The notes: generated by a model not told the origin, from the sequence alone. A DNA stretch of 64,000 nt from Candidatus Poribacteria bacterium (GCA_963663765.2 CAXXUA010000004.1:768001-832000), one strand, 5' to 3'. Shown: positions 10,424-21,298, counted from the first letter of the stretch. Numbers and translations: made by a program.

Positions 10424-10629
10424 TATTGTGAAATATACAATTAAGTTTACACTTTTTCTGTAGGCGGGGAATGCCAATAGGCATTCATACCCGGGGAATA
10501 CCTTAATGGTATTCATACCGTTGATTTCTTGATTTCGATCTCCGAATCGCGACTGAACGCCTTGATAGTCGGGAATCGGAGTTCCCTCCTACCCCTGAAA
10601 GTGTAAAAATAATTCTAAAATCCACTATA
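10424..10629. mobile_element. MITE family C copy with REP pair and doubly nested 35-nt unit
   Basis: Imperfect TIR TATTGTGAAATATACAATTA / TAATTCTAAAATCCACTATA. Confidence 0.6.
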
Positions 10630-10873
10630 ATATCAGGGTTTCTACAAAAACTTTACACACCCAATTCTTGGAAACCCTTGTGAAGTGTTGTATCTGATCC
10701 ATTATTTTCATTATTAAGGGCTGTTATCTATAAAATTATTTGTTGCTTTATGAGTTTTAATTGGATGTATTGTTTAAAAAATGTTTCCAAATGGACACTT
10801 TTTTCGTTTTTTTGGTAACATTTTAAAATGGTTGTATACCCTGTTATAGAAAGGATTAGTAAGTGCTTCTTAC

Positions 10874-11094
10874 CCTACACTCCGCACTTGTTTTAATACA
10901 TTTTTATAATATTGGGATAAACCCGCATCACATAAGGATTCGCACATTATAATGGAGATTATGAGTTATATATTTGAGACAACCCAACTTGCTATTTTGT
11001 CATTTTAAAATTGAAAATGTTTGCTAAATGTAGTTTCCACACGGGTTTATCAAATTATTATTGAAAAACGCAAATCAGAAGTGCGGAGTGTAGG
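10874..11094. mobile_element. IS1634-like MITE (family F, 221 bp)
   Basis: Perfect 16-bp TIR CCTACACTCCGCACTT / AAGTGCGGAGTGTAGG, 6-bp TSD TCTTAC; family name inferred from end sequence. Confidence 0.85.
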
Positions 11095-11355
11095 TCTTAC
11101 TGTTCTTGAAAAATATTTTTCCGTGTAAGTGTAACATTTTTATCTCTTGTTTTTTCGGGGGTCAGAATGTGTCATTTTTGTAAAATCGCTATTATATTTT
11201 GTTATATATCTGATATGTAATATATATTGTAACATAAATAATAGTGTGTGTCAGGTCTTTATTATATAATTTATTGAGGGTGTGTGAAGTTTTCATTGTA
11301 TTATCAGATTAAATCAGATAAAATAATACAAAACACTATTTGTGGAGGTTATTCC

Positions 11356-12375
11356 ATGACAGAGACACAAGAAAAACCGAGAGTGATTCCAGCGTCAGAA
11401 ACAGCAGAACAGATGACAAAAGCAGCTGCGAATTTCTTGGACGTTCTGACACCTGTTTTGCGAGAAAAAGCATGCCAACCTTTTGATGGTAATGAAAGGT
11501 TTCGTTGGCATTATATTCCAATTGAGATGTGGGAACGTCAGGGAGTGTCATTGATAGAGTTAGATGCTAAACAGCAGGAAGCTGCGTTCTCACTTATGCA
11601 AAGTGGGTTGAGTTCTAATGGATACGAGAAAGCACGTGCTATAATTAACTTGGAGAAGATACTCGGAGCAATTGAGAAAAAAACGGGAGATACAAAACTT
11701 GAACGTAATCCAGAATATTATTATTTCACTATTTTTGGTGATCCGACTGGGAACGGTACTTGGGGTTGGCGTACAGAAGGACATCATGTCTCGCTAAACT
11801 TTACGGTCGTCAATCGTGAGTTGATTTCACCAACACCTTTTTTCTTAGGTTCGAACCCTGCAGAGGTGCTTGAAGGTAACGAAAAAGGATTACGTGTATT
11901 GTATGCTGAGGAAGAACTTGCCCGTCAACTATTGACGAGTTTCACACCCTATCAGAAAACTCATGCTGTTATCAATACAGAAGCTCCTGCGGATATTCTC
12001 ACACGCAATGCGCCAAAGGTTGAGTTTGATGCGGTTGAAGGTTTTGCAGCGGAAAATATGCAAACCTATCAGCGCGAACTTCTTATACAATTAGTTCATG
12101 AATATATTGATCGGTTACCGGATGAGGTTGCCAAGATAGAACGTCAAAAACTCCAAGATGGAAGTATCAACGACATTCATTTTGCTTGGGCGGGTGGGGA
12201 AGAACGTAGAACACCTCACTATTATAGAATTCACGGTCCGTTTTTCTTTGTTGAATACGACAATACTCAGAACAATGCAAACCATATCCATTCGGTTTGG
12301 AGACACATTGAGGACGATTTTGGTTTGGATCTGCTTCGGCAGCACTATCACAAAACTGACCATCACGATCATTAG
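11356..12375 (+). CDS. DUF3500 domain protein
   Basis: WGWRTEGHHVSLN, YYRIHGP, EYDNTQNNANHIHSVWR; ATG 11356 after GGAGG. Confidence 0.9.
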   Translation: MTETQEKPRVIPASETAEQMTKAAANFLDVLTPVLREKACQPFDGNERFRWHYIPIEMWERQGVSLIELDAKQQEAAFSLMQSGLSSNGYEKARAIINLEKILGAIEKKTGDTKLERNPEYYYFTIFGDPTGNGTWGWRTEGHHVSLNFTVVNRELISPTPFFLGSNPAEVLEGNEKGLRVLYAEEELARQLLTSFTPYQKTHAVINTEAPADILTRNAPKVEFDAVEGFAAENMQTYQRELLIQLVHEYIDRLPDEVAKIERQKLQDGSINDIHFAWAGGEERRTPHYYRIHGPFFFVEYDNTQNNANHIHSVWRHIEDDFGLDLLRQHYHKTDHHDH

Positions 12376-12391
12376 ACAAGTGTCCGAAATA

Positions 12392-12419
12392 ACAAAGCCG
12401 CCGGTATAGGCGGCTTTGT
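12392..12419. terminator. Probable bidirectional rho-independent terminator
   Basis: ACAAAGCCGCC-GGTATA-GGCGGCTTTGT stem-loop between convergent genes. Confidence 0.75.
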
Positions 12420-12444
12420 CTATAGGATCATATACAAATATTTT

Positions 12445-13311
12445 TTACCAGACAGATTTTATTCTGCCCCAGGTAGTTGTTGCCTTATTGTCAGGTTCAA
12501 CAGATGTAACTGGATCGGGACTTAGAATTACTAAACCTGTATTCTCACTCTGTTTTGGACCATTGACGATACAATCGGTATACCAACCACTCCACCCCTT
12601 TTGTCCTGGAGTATCTGAATCACCGTCATTAACGCTGACAGCAAAACCGAATTCGTAACCTTCAGAGAATTCTCCACCTTCAATTTGCAATTCCTCTGCA
12701 GAAAATCTGTATTCGTAATAGGTTTCCTTATCGTCTTCGTTTCGGGTAATAGCGACATTTTGACCTGCGACAAGACCAGGACTACCGTGTGTACTTTCAT
12801 TATGTAAAATGATGTCTTGTGCGTTGCCGCTTATGGCAGCGTTATATAGAAAGAGTCTTAGTCCGGCTTCACGCATTCCAGTTGGTTCAAAACCGATTTG
12901 CGCGCTATCGCCATTCCATGCAGCACCACCATTCTGGTGTTCGTCATCCGTAACAGCGATTGCAAGATAAATTGCATCGGGTTCCCAGACGATTGCAAAA
13001 CAGGTTCTGTGGTCATCACGGTTATTCCATATTCCGCCACTCCATTCGCGGAAAACATAGATTTCACCGTCATTACCAGCAAATTCTACTTCGCAAAATG
13101 GTTCATCATTTGTACCTAAAACTGATTCAACGACACCTTCCCATCCTTCTTCATCATTAAGTACACCGTCAATGTCAATAGTAAGGTCATCAGATTTTTT
13201 AGGTGCATTATATACATCATGTGTTTCGCTTCGCCACTGTGCGTCAACATTGATTGTAAACAAAGTTCCAGTTGCAAATAGTGCAATAATCATCACAACA
13301 AATTTTTTCAT
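12445..13311 (-). CDS. Secreted CBM9/DOMON-like sugar-binding protein with C-terminal TWGxxK motif
   Basis: Signal peptide, IDGVLND, IYLAIAVTDD, WNGDSAQ, VNDGD; ends KATTTWGRIKSVW. Confidence 0.75.
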   Translation of the reverse strand: MKKFVVMIIALFATGTLFTINVDAQWRSETHDVYNAPKKSDDLTIDIDGVLNDEEGWEGVVESVLGTNDEPFCEVEFAGNDGEIYVFREWSGGIWNNRDDHRTCFAIVWEPDAIYLAIAVTDDEHQNGGAAWNGDSAQIGFEPTGMREAGLRLFLYNAAISGNAQDIILHNESTHGSPGLVAGQNVAITRNEDDKETYYEYRFSAEELQIEGGEFSEGYEFGFAVSVNDGDSDTPGQKGWSGWYTDCIVNGPKQSENTGLVILSPDPVTSVEPDNKATTTWGRIKSVW

Positions 13312-13427
13312 AGAAAATCTCCTATAATAATTGATGTTTGTTTTTTGGGCAGAAAAGACTGCCCAGCCAGATTAAGTAGCAAATTCTATCGCTACGATTT
13401 ATTTGGTCATAGCCTCTACGAAAAACG

Positions 13428-14264
13428 TCATTTAGAGGCTTTAACTCTCCCCCAAGTTGTAGTTAGTTTGTTTCTTACATCCACAGCAAGTTCATCAGCT
13501 GAAAGTCTGACGAGTCCTGTATGTTCGCTTTGTTTTGGTCCCTTGACGATGCAATCTGTATACCAACCACTCCAACCTTTCTGTCCGGGAGCATTATCAT
13601 CTCCATCATTTACACAGATTGCAAGACCGAATTCAAAACCTTCTTCAAAATTGTCGCCTTTGTTAATTTCATCAGCTGTAAATTTGTATTCGTAATAGGT
13701 TTCATTTTCATTTTCATTTCGAACTACAGCGACATATTCACTATCATTAAGTCCAGTACCACCTGGTCTTTCATCGTGATAAATGAGGTTTTTTGCATCG
13801 TTGTCTAAAGCGACATTATAGAGTAATAATGCTAACCCACCATCGCGCTTACCGGACATTTCAAATCCAAGTTGTACACTGTCGCCATTCCAAGCACCTC
13901 CAGAATTCTGATGATCATCATCAGTAACACTGATAGCAAGATAGATTGCATCTTCATCCCATACAATTGCGAAGCATGTCTCATGATCTTCTGGACCGTC
14001 CCATGTCCCTCCATTTGCTTCCCATACTTCTTCCTTGCCACCAGCATCAAATTCAACACCACAGAAGGGTTCTCCATTTGTACCAGTAACCGATTCAATT
14101 ACATCTTCCCAACCTTCATCGTCATCCAGTTCACCATCAATTGTAATATCTGCGGGTATTTTAAGTGCGTTGTAAACGTCGTGTGTATCACTCCGCCATT
14201 GTGCGTGTGCAGTTATACTTGTAATCAAAAACAGTAGTGTAATTACAATGAAAAACTTTCTCAT
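13428..14264 (-). CDS. Secreted CBM9/DOMON-like sugar-binding protein, paralog of 12445-13311
   Basis: Same motifs; shared PGQKGWSGWYTDCIV; ends KLTTTWGRVKASK; ATG 14264 after AGGAGA. Confidence 0.75.
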   Translation of the reverse strand: MRKFFIVITLLFLITSITAHAQWRSDTHDVYNALKIPADITIDGELDDDEGWEDVIESVTGTNGEPFCGVEFDAGGKEEVWEANGGTWDGPEDHETCFAIVWDEDAIYLAISVTDDDHQNSGGAWNGDSVQLGFEMSGKRDGGLALLLYNVALDNDAKNLIYHDERPGGTGLNDSEYVAVVRNENENETYYEYKFTADEINKGDNFEEGFEFGLAICVNDGDDNAPGQKGWSGWYTDCIVKGPKQSEHTGLVRLSADELAVDVRNKLTTTWGRVKASK

Positions 14265-14393
14265 TATTTTTCTCCTTAGTTTGTACTTCAATGTATATCT
14301 CAAATTGCATGAACCATTAGCATTATGCAATTTTACTATAGTTTTATATTTTAACATATCTTTTTAGAAACGTCCACAAAAAGACATCGTTTA

Positions 14394-14597
14394 CAGGGTT
14401 ATTCAGCTATTGGTTTTTTGGTAGATATTTAAAACATTCGTGAATTAGAAACGTAGTCCAATAGAGCGTATGCGAAACCCGATATGTATTAATTGTGGTT
14501 ATCATGTCGGATTTCGCATAAGCTCTACCCGACCTACGATGTATACTCTAAATGAAATTCATCGACGACAAAGAATGCTTAAAACTGAATAACCCTG
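14394..14597. mobile_element. MITE family D copy with internal REP pair
   Basis: TIR CAGGGTTATTCAG / CTGAATAACCCTG; flanked by a 19-bp imperfect direct repeat (16/19). Confidence 0.8.
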
Positions 14598-14631
14598 CAC
14601 AATAAGACATCGTTGGCAATCAATATAAAGG

Positions 14632-16167
14632 TCAACGGTCTTCAATTGTTTTGTCTACCTCATCACTGCCTACGCAGAGAATATATCTGTCGCTTGATCC
14701 GATGTATAGTTTTTCGTTTGCGATGGCGGGTGAAGAAATGAATTTCAAGCCAGCTCTAATTGTCCTTGCATTGTATTTCCACAATACATCTCCATTTGCG
14801 ATATTTAGGCAATAGATCATCCCCGCTTCTGAGGTAACATACATTGTATTTTTCGTTACAGCAGGTGATGAGAGGACAGGACTGCCCAGAGGTTTTGTCC
14901 AGTGAATTTCTCCATTTGTGGCTTTGAGTGTGTAAACGAAACCATCTCGAGAACCGAATGTTACATAATCATTGTGAACGACAATTGCAGTAAGAACTCC
15001 GTCGCCTGCCTTATATTCCCAAACTATATCCCCGTTTTCTATGTTTAATGCGACTACTTTACCTTTAGGGTTTGGACCACTTTCAGCAAAAGTGGCTGTG
15101 CTAAGTCCGAAATAGACTAAGTTCTGATGTGAACTTGGATTTCCCCAGACAGAATACGGCATGGGTTGCGACCAGATTTCCTTACCTGTTTGTGCATCCA
15201 CAGCATAGATTTTATAGTCACCGTAGCCGGTACCGAAGAAAACCTTACCATCCTTTACCAGTGGGGACATGTCCGCATGTACTGCAGGGAAGTGCCAAAT
15301 TTGTTCACCAGCGAGTGCGTCAATACAGTAAACGCCATCTGCACCTGCTGTGAAGTATAGCCGACCTTTCGTGATGAATGGTGTTGACTCTACATGACTT
15401 GCGGTAGTGAAACTCCAGATAGGATCGCCTGTTTGCGCATCAAGACATCTGAGTTGGCACCCGCTATCTTCATGAAAACCTTCACCGATGTAGACTCTAC
15501 CTGCAACAACTGCGGGTGATGATGCGATAGCGATGTCAGAATCGTGTTGCCAGACAATCTCTTTTGTGTCAGTGTCAATACAGTAAGTTGTACCGCTGGA
15601 AGAAAAGAATCCGCCAATTGCTGCGCCGATATAAAGACGGTTACCGACGACTGCGGGTGATGAAAAGAATTGAACCATTTTTCTATTTTCAGCACTGAAT
15701 ACCCAAAATAGAGTTCCGTTTGCTGGACCGGGTAAACCATCAACATTGCCAGTACGATTTGCATCACCTCTAAATGTTGGCCATGTGTTCCCTACTCTGA
15801 TTTTGTTTTCATCTTGTTGTAGTTTGGTAACATCAACAGTTGGTGAGTTCTGTTTGATACCATTTTCAAGGACTTGGAAAGTTATCACTGCAAGTGCAAT
15901 TAACACAACAAGACTAACAAGCGAAACAATAGTTCTACGTACAGTGAAGAAATCGCGCACTTTGTAAAAGACCATCTTGGTTGTGTCTCGTGCGAATACA
16001 AGGGATGTGATTATTGCGACGCCGACAAATGCAAGTATCTGGGGAATGATACTAAGCAGTGCGGTCAAAGGACCAATCAGTTGTGGTATAACAGCATCTG
16101 CAGGAGCTGCAAAACAGACAGGAACTGATAATAAGCTTAATGTTAGTAACCAAGTGGTTTTTGACAT
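14632..16167 (-). CDS. PQQ-binding-like (BamB-type) beta-propeller membrane protein
   Basis: WPTFRGD; repeated SSPAV...LY.G...C.DA.TG...W blades; N-terminal hydrophobic segments. Confidence 0.85.
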   Translation of the reverse strand: MSKTTWLLTLSLLSVPVCFAAPADAVIPQLIGPLTALLSIIPQILAFVGVAIITSLVFARDTTKMVFYKVRDFFTVRRTIVSLVSLVVLIALAVITFQVLENGIKQNSPTVDVTKLQQDENKIRVGNTWPTFRGDANRTGNVDGLPGPANGTLFWVFSAENRKMVQFFSSPAVVGNRLYIGAAIGGFFSSSGTTYCIDTDTKEIVWQHDSDIAIASSPAVVAGRVYIGEGFHEDSGCQLRCLDAQTGDPIWSFTTASHVESTPFITKGRLYFTAGADGVYCIDALAGEQIWHFPAVHADMSPLVKDGKVFFGTGYGDYKIYAVDAQTGKEIWSQPMPYSVWGNPSSHQNLVYFGLSTATFAESGPNPKGKVVALNIENGDIVWEYKAGDGVLTAIVVHNDYVTFGSRDGFVYTLKATNGEIHWTKPLGSPVLSSPAVTKNTMYVTSEAGMIYCLNIANGDVLWKYNARTIRAGLKFISSPAIANEKLYIGSSDRYILCVGSDEVDKTIEDR

Positions 16168-16191
16168 AGGATCAACTCCGTTTAGGATGTA

Positions 16192-17361
16192 TCATTTCAA
16201 AGAATCAACTGCGTATCGGGTAAGATTCTCAATCAATGGTCGATTTTTTGAAGTATTTGATTTATTGTCGTTACGCATGTTTGTAATGAGATACATACCT
16301 TTTCCGTATTTTAGTTTTGCTACAACGATTTCCTTACCATTGTTAGTAGTTGCAAGCACTTCAAACTTGTCGTTCCACCCACTCCAAGAATCATCAAGCG
16401 AAAGTTGTCCAGAACGGATGTGATGTGGTGCTTTAAACAGATTACCTGCTTTTTCTGTGGGTTGAAAATCATTCCTACCTGTGCTTTCAACACCTTTCAG
16501 TGGTTCTGTTAACCAACCGATTCCGCTAGGTCGGTCATCATCGTTGTCCTGTCCAGAGACAATAACAATGCCGCCATCTTTAACAAATTCCTTAATCTGT
16601 TTTTCCTGATTTTTATTTAAGTGGTACCTACCATCATCAATTGCGCGGTACCCAAGCCATAATATATCAGTGTCGTCAAGATCTGACAAGTCACGTTCGG
16701 TTGTTTGTTCACATGCTATCCAACGTTTACCGACTTTATTGATTCCGGAAATAACCGGATGTTCTTCTTGATAGTTTCTTCTGTTCAATAGAAAGAGTCG
16801 TATGACACCGTCTTTTAGTAGTGCGCGGAGTTCTTTCTGAAGTTCAGGTGTAGAATCTCTACGTGAAACCTTGAATTGATTCAATTTCACTTCTGTATGT
16901 GTAAAATTCCATCTAATCCAACCTCTTTCCTTGTGTTTTGCAACCTGAAGTTGGAACCATATTCCTCTTGTATGTGCGAGACAATCAATTCGATCACCTT
17001 TTTTTAGATAACAGACAATAATCGGATCACCCTTTCTGAGTAATTTGTCAATCTCAGCACGATGATCTTTTTCACCTTTAAAGACATCATATCGAATTTT
17101 TATCACATCAAATTCACTCTTGCCTTTGATATTTTCCTCAACCTTAAAATCAGCGGTTTTTCGTTTAGTGTTTACATCTGAAATCGTTGCGAATACAACG
17201 TTACTGCTCTCACTGACAATTTCAGGGATAGTGTAAGGTCGGGAGATGTATGCATCTGTAATTGATTGTGCGAAAGTGAGAAAACAGACAGTAAGAATTA
17301 CCAATAAGTTTACATGTTTTCGTTGTATTTTATATTGATATGACAAATTATGGTTTTTCAC
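16192..17361 (-). CDS. Secreted hypothetical protein with possible C-terminal class I glutamine amidotransferase-like fold
   Basis: Signal-like N-terminus; IKEFVKDGGIVIVSG and YGKGMY patterns; GTG start after GAGG. Confidence 0.55.
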   Translation of the reverse strand: MKNHNLSYQYKIQRKHVNLLVILTVCFLTFAQSITDAYISRPYTIPEIVSESSNVVFATISDVNTKRKTADFKVEENIKGKSEFDVIKIRYDVFKGEKDHRAEIDKLLRKGDPIIVCYLKKGDRIDCLAHTRGIWFQLQVAKHKERGWIRWNFTHTEVKLNQFKVSRRDSTPELQKELRALLKDGVIRLFLLNRRNYQEEHPVISGINKVGKRWIACEQTTERDLSDLDDTDILWLGYRAIDDGRYHLNKNQEKQIKEFVKDGGIVIVSGQDNDDDRPSGIGWLTEPLKGVESTGRNDFQPTEKAGNLFKAPHHIRSGQLSLDDSWSGWNDKFEVLATTNNGKEIVVAKLKYGKGMYLITNMRNDNKSNTSKNRPLIENLTRYAVDSLK

Positions 17362-17407
17362 AAAATTCCTCCTATATCATGGTGAAACTGAAAATAATTA
17401 TACCTTA

Positions 17408-17595
17408 TACCAATTCAAATAAATCTTGTCTCATTAAGGAATTCTACTGTTTACTGGCAAGGGGTTACTCTCTTCGGTAGGAGCGACCCGGGGAATGCCA
17501 AAAGGCATTCATACCGTTGATTTGCCGGTCGCGACCGGGAGGTCGCTCCTACCAGATTTCCGCTGCTAATGAGACATTATCACATGAAAATGGTA
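17408..17595. mobile_element. MITE family G copy with 35-nt unit inserted in its REP
   Basis: TACCAATT ... AAATGGTA ends, TTA on both sides; aligns to empty copy 43878-44030. Confidence 0.85.
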
Positions 17596-17780
17596 TTATT
17601 TTAGTTAGCTGCTCTGGCAGGTGTGCTATTAATTTTCGCTCTTGTATTATTCGGTAGGAGTAGCCTCCAAATCAAGTAATCAACGGTATGAATGCGTGTA
17701 TGGCATGCCACAGGTCGCTTCTACCTGTTAAGTGTGTAATTTAATTCCAAGATATACTATAAACAAAAGTCTTCACATAT

Positions 17781-18101
17781 CTATTTGAGTTTTACAGCAG
17801 TACCAGTTGCTGTTACCATCAACATGCCGTTGTTTGCACCGAGTACTTGATAATCAATGTCAATTCCGACGACTGCATCAGCCCCTTTCCGTTGTGCAAT
17901 TTCTTGTAATTCCATTATAGCAGTCTCGCGTGCATCTTCAAGTTTGCTCTCGTAGGTTTTTGATCTTCCCCCGATCATATCAGTAATACCAGCCATAAAA
18001 TCACGAAAGATATTTGCTCCCATGATTGCTTCGCCAGTTACTAAACCCAGATATTGTCCTATATCTCTACCTTCAATAGTGTTTGTCGTTGTGGTTATCA
18101 T
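17781..18101 (-). CDS. YbjQ/UPF0145 family protein
   Basis: [33 protein letters not shown]; start overlaps the upstream stop (TAATG). Confidence 0.93.
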   Translation of the reverse strand: MITTTTNTIEGRDIGQYLGLVTGEAIMGANIFRDFMAGITDMIGGRSKTYESKLEDARETAIMELQEIAQRKGADAVVGIDIDYQVLGANNGMLMVTATGTAVKLK

Positions 18102-19246
18102 TATTGTGATCTCCCTCTTGCTGTAATGTACCACACAGATTCGACGATTTCATCGCGGATCCCGTAATACTTGTCATGAAGATTAACAGTTGTACAACAG
18201 TGTGTTGGTAAAATCTCCAGTTTTTCTCCCGGTTTTAGTGAAATCTCAGCGTTTGAGTTGCGATTAAAGACTTGGTTAGGGGCTTGGTCAGAGACTTGCA
18301 TTATACCGTGTTCTTCGGATAGATATTCCATTTCAAGTTCTGGATAATCTATTGGTTGTGGAATTCCAAATTCCTCCGTAAGTACTTTCTTACCAGTGTC
18401 AACAATAATTCGATCTTGTGTTGGACGGCTGACGACAGTTGACAAGACAGTCAAAGCACAATCAAATTTATCACCGACGCCTTGTACGCCGCGATAGTTA
18501 GCATCCATAAAGACATAGGATCCAGCCTGTACCTCTGTTATTTCGGGTATGCTACCAGTTATGTCATAAGTTCCAGTTCCTCCACCACTCAAAATTGAAA
18601 CTTCAATGCCATTATTGATAAGAAGATCTGCTGTATTGAATAGACTTACCATTGCAGTAAGTGTAGCGTTTTTTCTATAATACTTTCCATTCTGTGTTAC
18701 GAGATGTCCCTCATAAGCCATCAAACCCTCAAACTTTAGCTTTGGACATTTGTTTACCTGTTGTGCTAATTTTAGAACTGGGTCTCTGGGTTCAACACCG
18801 CAGCGATTCATACCAATATTAATTTCAATCAAAATCCTTATTGTTACACCTTTTGCTGATGCTGCTTCAGATAGTTCTTGTACATTTTGAACGTCGTCCA
18901 CAGCGACCATTATCTCTGAATGCTTTGCGAGGTTAACAAGACGAGCAATTTTCTGTGTTCCAACTATTTGGTTTGCGATGAGTACATCACGTATACCTGC
19001 ATGAACGACTGCTTCTGCTTCTCCCAATTTTGCACATGTTACACCTATCGCTCCAGCTGCTATCTGTTTATGTGCGATTATCGGTGTTTTATGTGTTTTT
19101 ACATGAGGTCTTAGATTTGCATTTACTGTATCAAAATAACTCGCCATTTTCTGGATATTCGCTTCCATTTTATCCAGATCAATTAACAGTGCAGGTGTAT
19201 CTAAATCCGTTTTGTGTCTACCTATATAATGATTGGTGTTGTGCAT
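18101..19246 (-). CDS. DSD1-family PLP-dependent enzyme (D-threonine aldolase/D-serine dehydratase-like)
   Basis: [12 protein letters not shown] lysine, [26 protein letters not shown]. Confidence 0.9.
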   Translation of the reverse strand: MHNTNHYIGRHKTDLDTPALLIDLDKMEANIQKMASYFDTVNANLRPHVKTHKTPIIAHKQIAAGAIGVTCAKLGEAEAVVHAGIRDVLIANQIVGTQKIARLVNLAKHSEIMVAVDDVQNVQELSEAASAKGVTIRILIEINIGMNRCGVEPRDPVLKLAQQVNKCPKLKFEGLMAYEGHLVTQNGKYYRKNATLTAMVSLFNTADLLINNGIEVSILSGGGTGTYDITGSIPEITEVQAGSYVFMDANYRGVQGVGDKFDCALTVLSTVVSRPTQDRIIVDTGKKVLTEEFGIPQPIDYPELEMEYLSEEHGIMQVSDQAPNQVFNRNSNAEISLKPGEKLEILPTHCCTTVNLHDKYYGIRDEIVESVWYITARGRSQ

Positions 19247-19256
19247 GTAACACTTC

Positions 19257-19379
19257 CAGGACTTATGCAAAAAACGGTAGGCGTGCTTTTTAAGCTCGCT
19301 GGAAACCCTTAATAATGTTGATAATTACATCATTTTCATCACAATTCTTAATTAAATCAAGTATACTGCGTAAATCCTG
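19257..19379. mobile_element. MITE-A copy
   Basis: Slightly degenerate TIRs, 5-bp TSD ACTTC. Confidence 0.85.
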
Positions 19380-19384
19380 ACTTC

Positions 19385-20338
19385 TTATAGTTGTTGTACA
19401 GGATTCGATAGTGTTCCGAACCCTTCAATATCTATCTTAACAACATCCTTTGGTGCGAGAGGTAAATCATTGGGTACAATTATACCAGTACCAGTGGAAA
19501 CGACAGTTCCGAATGGGATTGGGTTGTCTCGCATCAGAAATTCCGTGAGTTGTTCAAATTTCCAGTTTATTTGTGATGTGTTGACTTCACCTGTATAGAC
19601 TTCCTTTTCGTCCCGAATGATAGTGCATTTCATTTCAAGATTGTAGGGATCGTCAACTTCAGTGGTCGTAAGAAACATTGGTCCGAGTGCACAGCAACCG
19701 TAAAAGACCTTTGATTGCGGTAGATATAAAGGGTTTTCGCGTTCAATATCCCATGCGGAAACATCATTACAGAGTGTGTAACCAAGTATCTCACCTTCAG
19801 CATTTAGAATATAAGCGAGTTCTGGTTCAGTTGCAGTGAGTTTGGAGTCGCTTCGTATCCCGATATGTCCATTTGGACCGATGGTACGTGCTTGTGTTGC
19901 TTTGAAGAAAATCTCTGGTCTATCGGCGTGGTATACGCGGCTATATATATCTTGTTCAGAATCGTCATCTCGCATGTCAGCACTACGTTTGTAAGTTACG
20001 CCGCATCCCCACACCTCAGGTGCATCAATTGGAACAAGTAAGTGTGGTATATTCTCATCTGGAAACACATCCAATTTCTCTAAAGATAATCCGTAGTCTT
20101 CCTCAATTTCTGGTTCGGTATGGTGAAGTCTTGTGAACCGCATAGGAGGAGGTGCAGATACCTTTTCTTGTATATCAGCAAGGAGTACGCCAAGAGATAT
20201 CCGTTCTTCTTGTGCAAGTTTTAGTACATCTAAAACACTCGGTGACTCATCACTTGTTACATCAATTACGTGGTATTCACGTGTAACAACCCCGACTCGT
20301 TTACCTAAATTGGGTAAATGAAATTGGATCAGTTTCAT
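19385..20338 (-). CDS. Fumarylacetoacetate hydrolase family protein (2-keto-3-deoxy-pentonate dehydratase-like)
   Basis: EVWGCGVTY, RPEIFFK, EPEL, NDVSAWDIERENPLYLPQSK, STGTG. Confidence 0.88.
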   Translation of the reverse strand: MKLIQFHLPNLGKRVGVVTREYHVIDVTSDESPSVLDVLKLAQEERISLGVLLADIQEKVSAPPPMRFTRLHHTEPEIEEDYGLSLEKLDVFPDENIPHLLVPIDAPEVWGCGVTYKRSADMRDDDSEQDIYSRVYHADRPEIFFKATQARTIGPNGHIGIRSDSKLTATEPELAYILNAEGEILGYTLCNDVSAWDIERENPLYLPQSKVFYGCCALGPMFLTTTEVDDPYNLEMKCTIIRDEKEVYTGEVNTSQINWKFEQLTEFLMRDNPIPFGTVVSTGTGIIVPNDLPLAPKDVVKIDIEGFGTLSNPVQQL

Positions 20339-20350
20339 AGTTCTCCAACA

Positions 20351-20968
20351 CTATTTTCCCGATGGTATCAAAGAGTTCTTTTCAAGAAATGCGATAACTT
20401 TCTCTGCGGATTCTTTAATTGAAAGTTCTGCTGTATTAACAGCGACTTCTGGTATTGTTGGTGCTTCATAAGGTGCGCTGATACCAGTAAATTCTTTGAT
20501 TTCCCCAGACCGTGCTTTTTTGTACAATCCTTTTGGGTCACGTTCTTCACATACATCAAGCGGACAATCAACATAGACTTCCACAAATCTATTATCAGAT
20601 ATTAATTCCCTTGCTTGGTCACGGTCGGCGCGGTAAGGTGAAATAAATGCTGTCATCACTATCGTGCTTGCATCTACAAAGAGTTTAGCGACTTCACCGA
20701 CACGTCGTATATTTTCTTCTCGGTCCTCTGGAGAGAACCCTAAGTTTTTGTTCAACCCATGACGGACATTGTCTCCATCAAGTACATAAGTGTGATGGTT
20801 GCGCTCGTGTAATAGATATGCTACTGCGTTTGCTAAGGTAGATTTTCCTGAACCTGATAGACCTGTGAACCAAACGACACATCCTTTTTGGTTAAGCAAT
20901 TGTTCGCGATCTTCTGCTGTGACGGTTGTTTCATGCCACGTAATATTAGTTGATTTTTGTACTGACAA
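20351..20968 (-). CDS. cysC: Adenylyl-sulfate kinase
   Basis: WFTGLSGSGKST, LDGDNVRHGL, RDPKGLY, FTGISAPYE. Confidence 0.96.
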   Translation of the reverse strand: MSVQKSTNITWHETTVTAEDREQLLNQKGCVVWFTGLSGSGKSTLANAVAYLLHERNHHTYVLDGDNVRHGLNKNLGFSPEDREENIRRVGEVAKLFVDASTIVMTAFISPYRADRDQARELISDNRFVEVYVDCPLDVCEERDPKGLYKKARSGEIKEFTGISAPYEAPTIPEVAVNTAELSIKESAEKVIAFLEKNSLIPSGK

Positions 20969-21009
20969 TAGTTGTTCCTCGTGATTTCCTGATAATTCTT
21001 TGATATAAA

Positions 21010-21110
21010 TACATCGTTTCTCATAAATGCGGTTTTGTTCAATTTCACAAGAATGTGTGTCTGGTAAATCGGGGTTAGAAATTCCTCTACCATTTATGAG
21101 ATAGGTTGTA
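21010..21110. mobile_element. MITE family H copy
   Basis: Near-identical to 6226-6327. Confidence 0.75.
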
Positions 21111-21298
21111 GTAAGTTCTAAATTCTGTTTTCAAGACAGTGTGGTTGAAGTTGAATGAATATATAGACGTTTAATTAAATAGTATATCAAATGTAAGTGC
21201 GAAGTGCAAATTTATATTGATCTGAGGGTATGTATAGTTTTTGGTATCTTGTCTGAACCAGGATTTTCTAATCAAGAATCAACGGTATGAATACCTTA

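Larger units (their letters stand above)
9955..10662. mobile_element. IS256-like MITE (family E) holding nested elements
   Basis: TIR GGGTGTGTAAAGTTTT / AAAACTTTACACACCC with perfect 9-bp TSD AATTCTTGG; no transposase ORF. Confidence 0.88.

Noticed and set aside
11278-11295. Additional family E MITE left end (also 21226 and 31090)
   Set aside because: Degenerate single ends with no matching right TIR or TSD found; not called as complete elements
12445-14264. Diversity-generating retroelement TR/VR pair
   Set aside because: Similarity spans whole paralogous genes, is not adenine-specific by eye, and no reverse transcriptase is present
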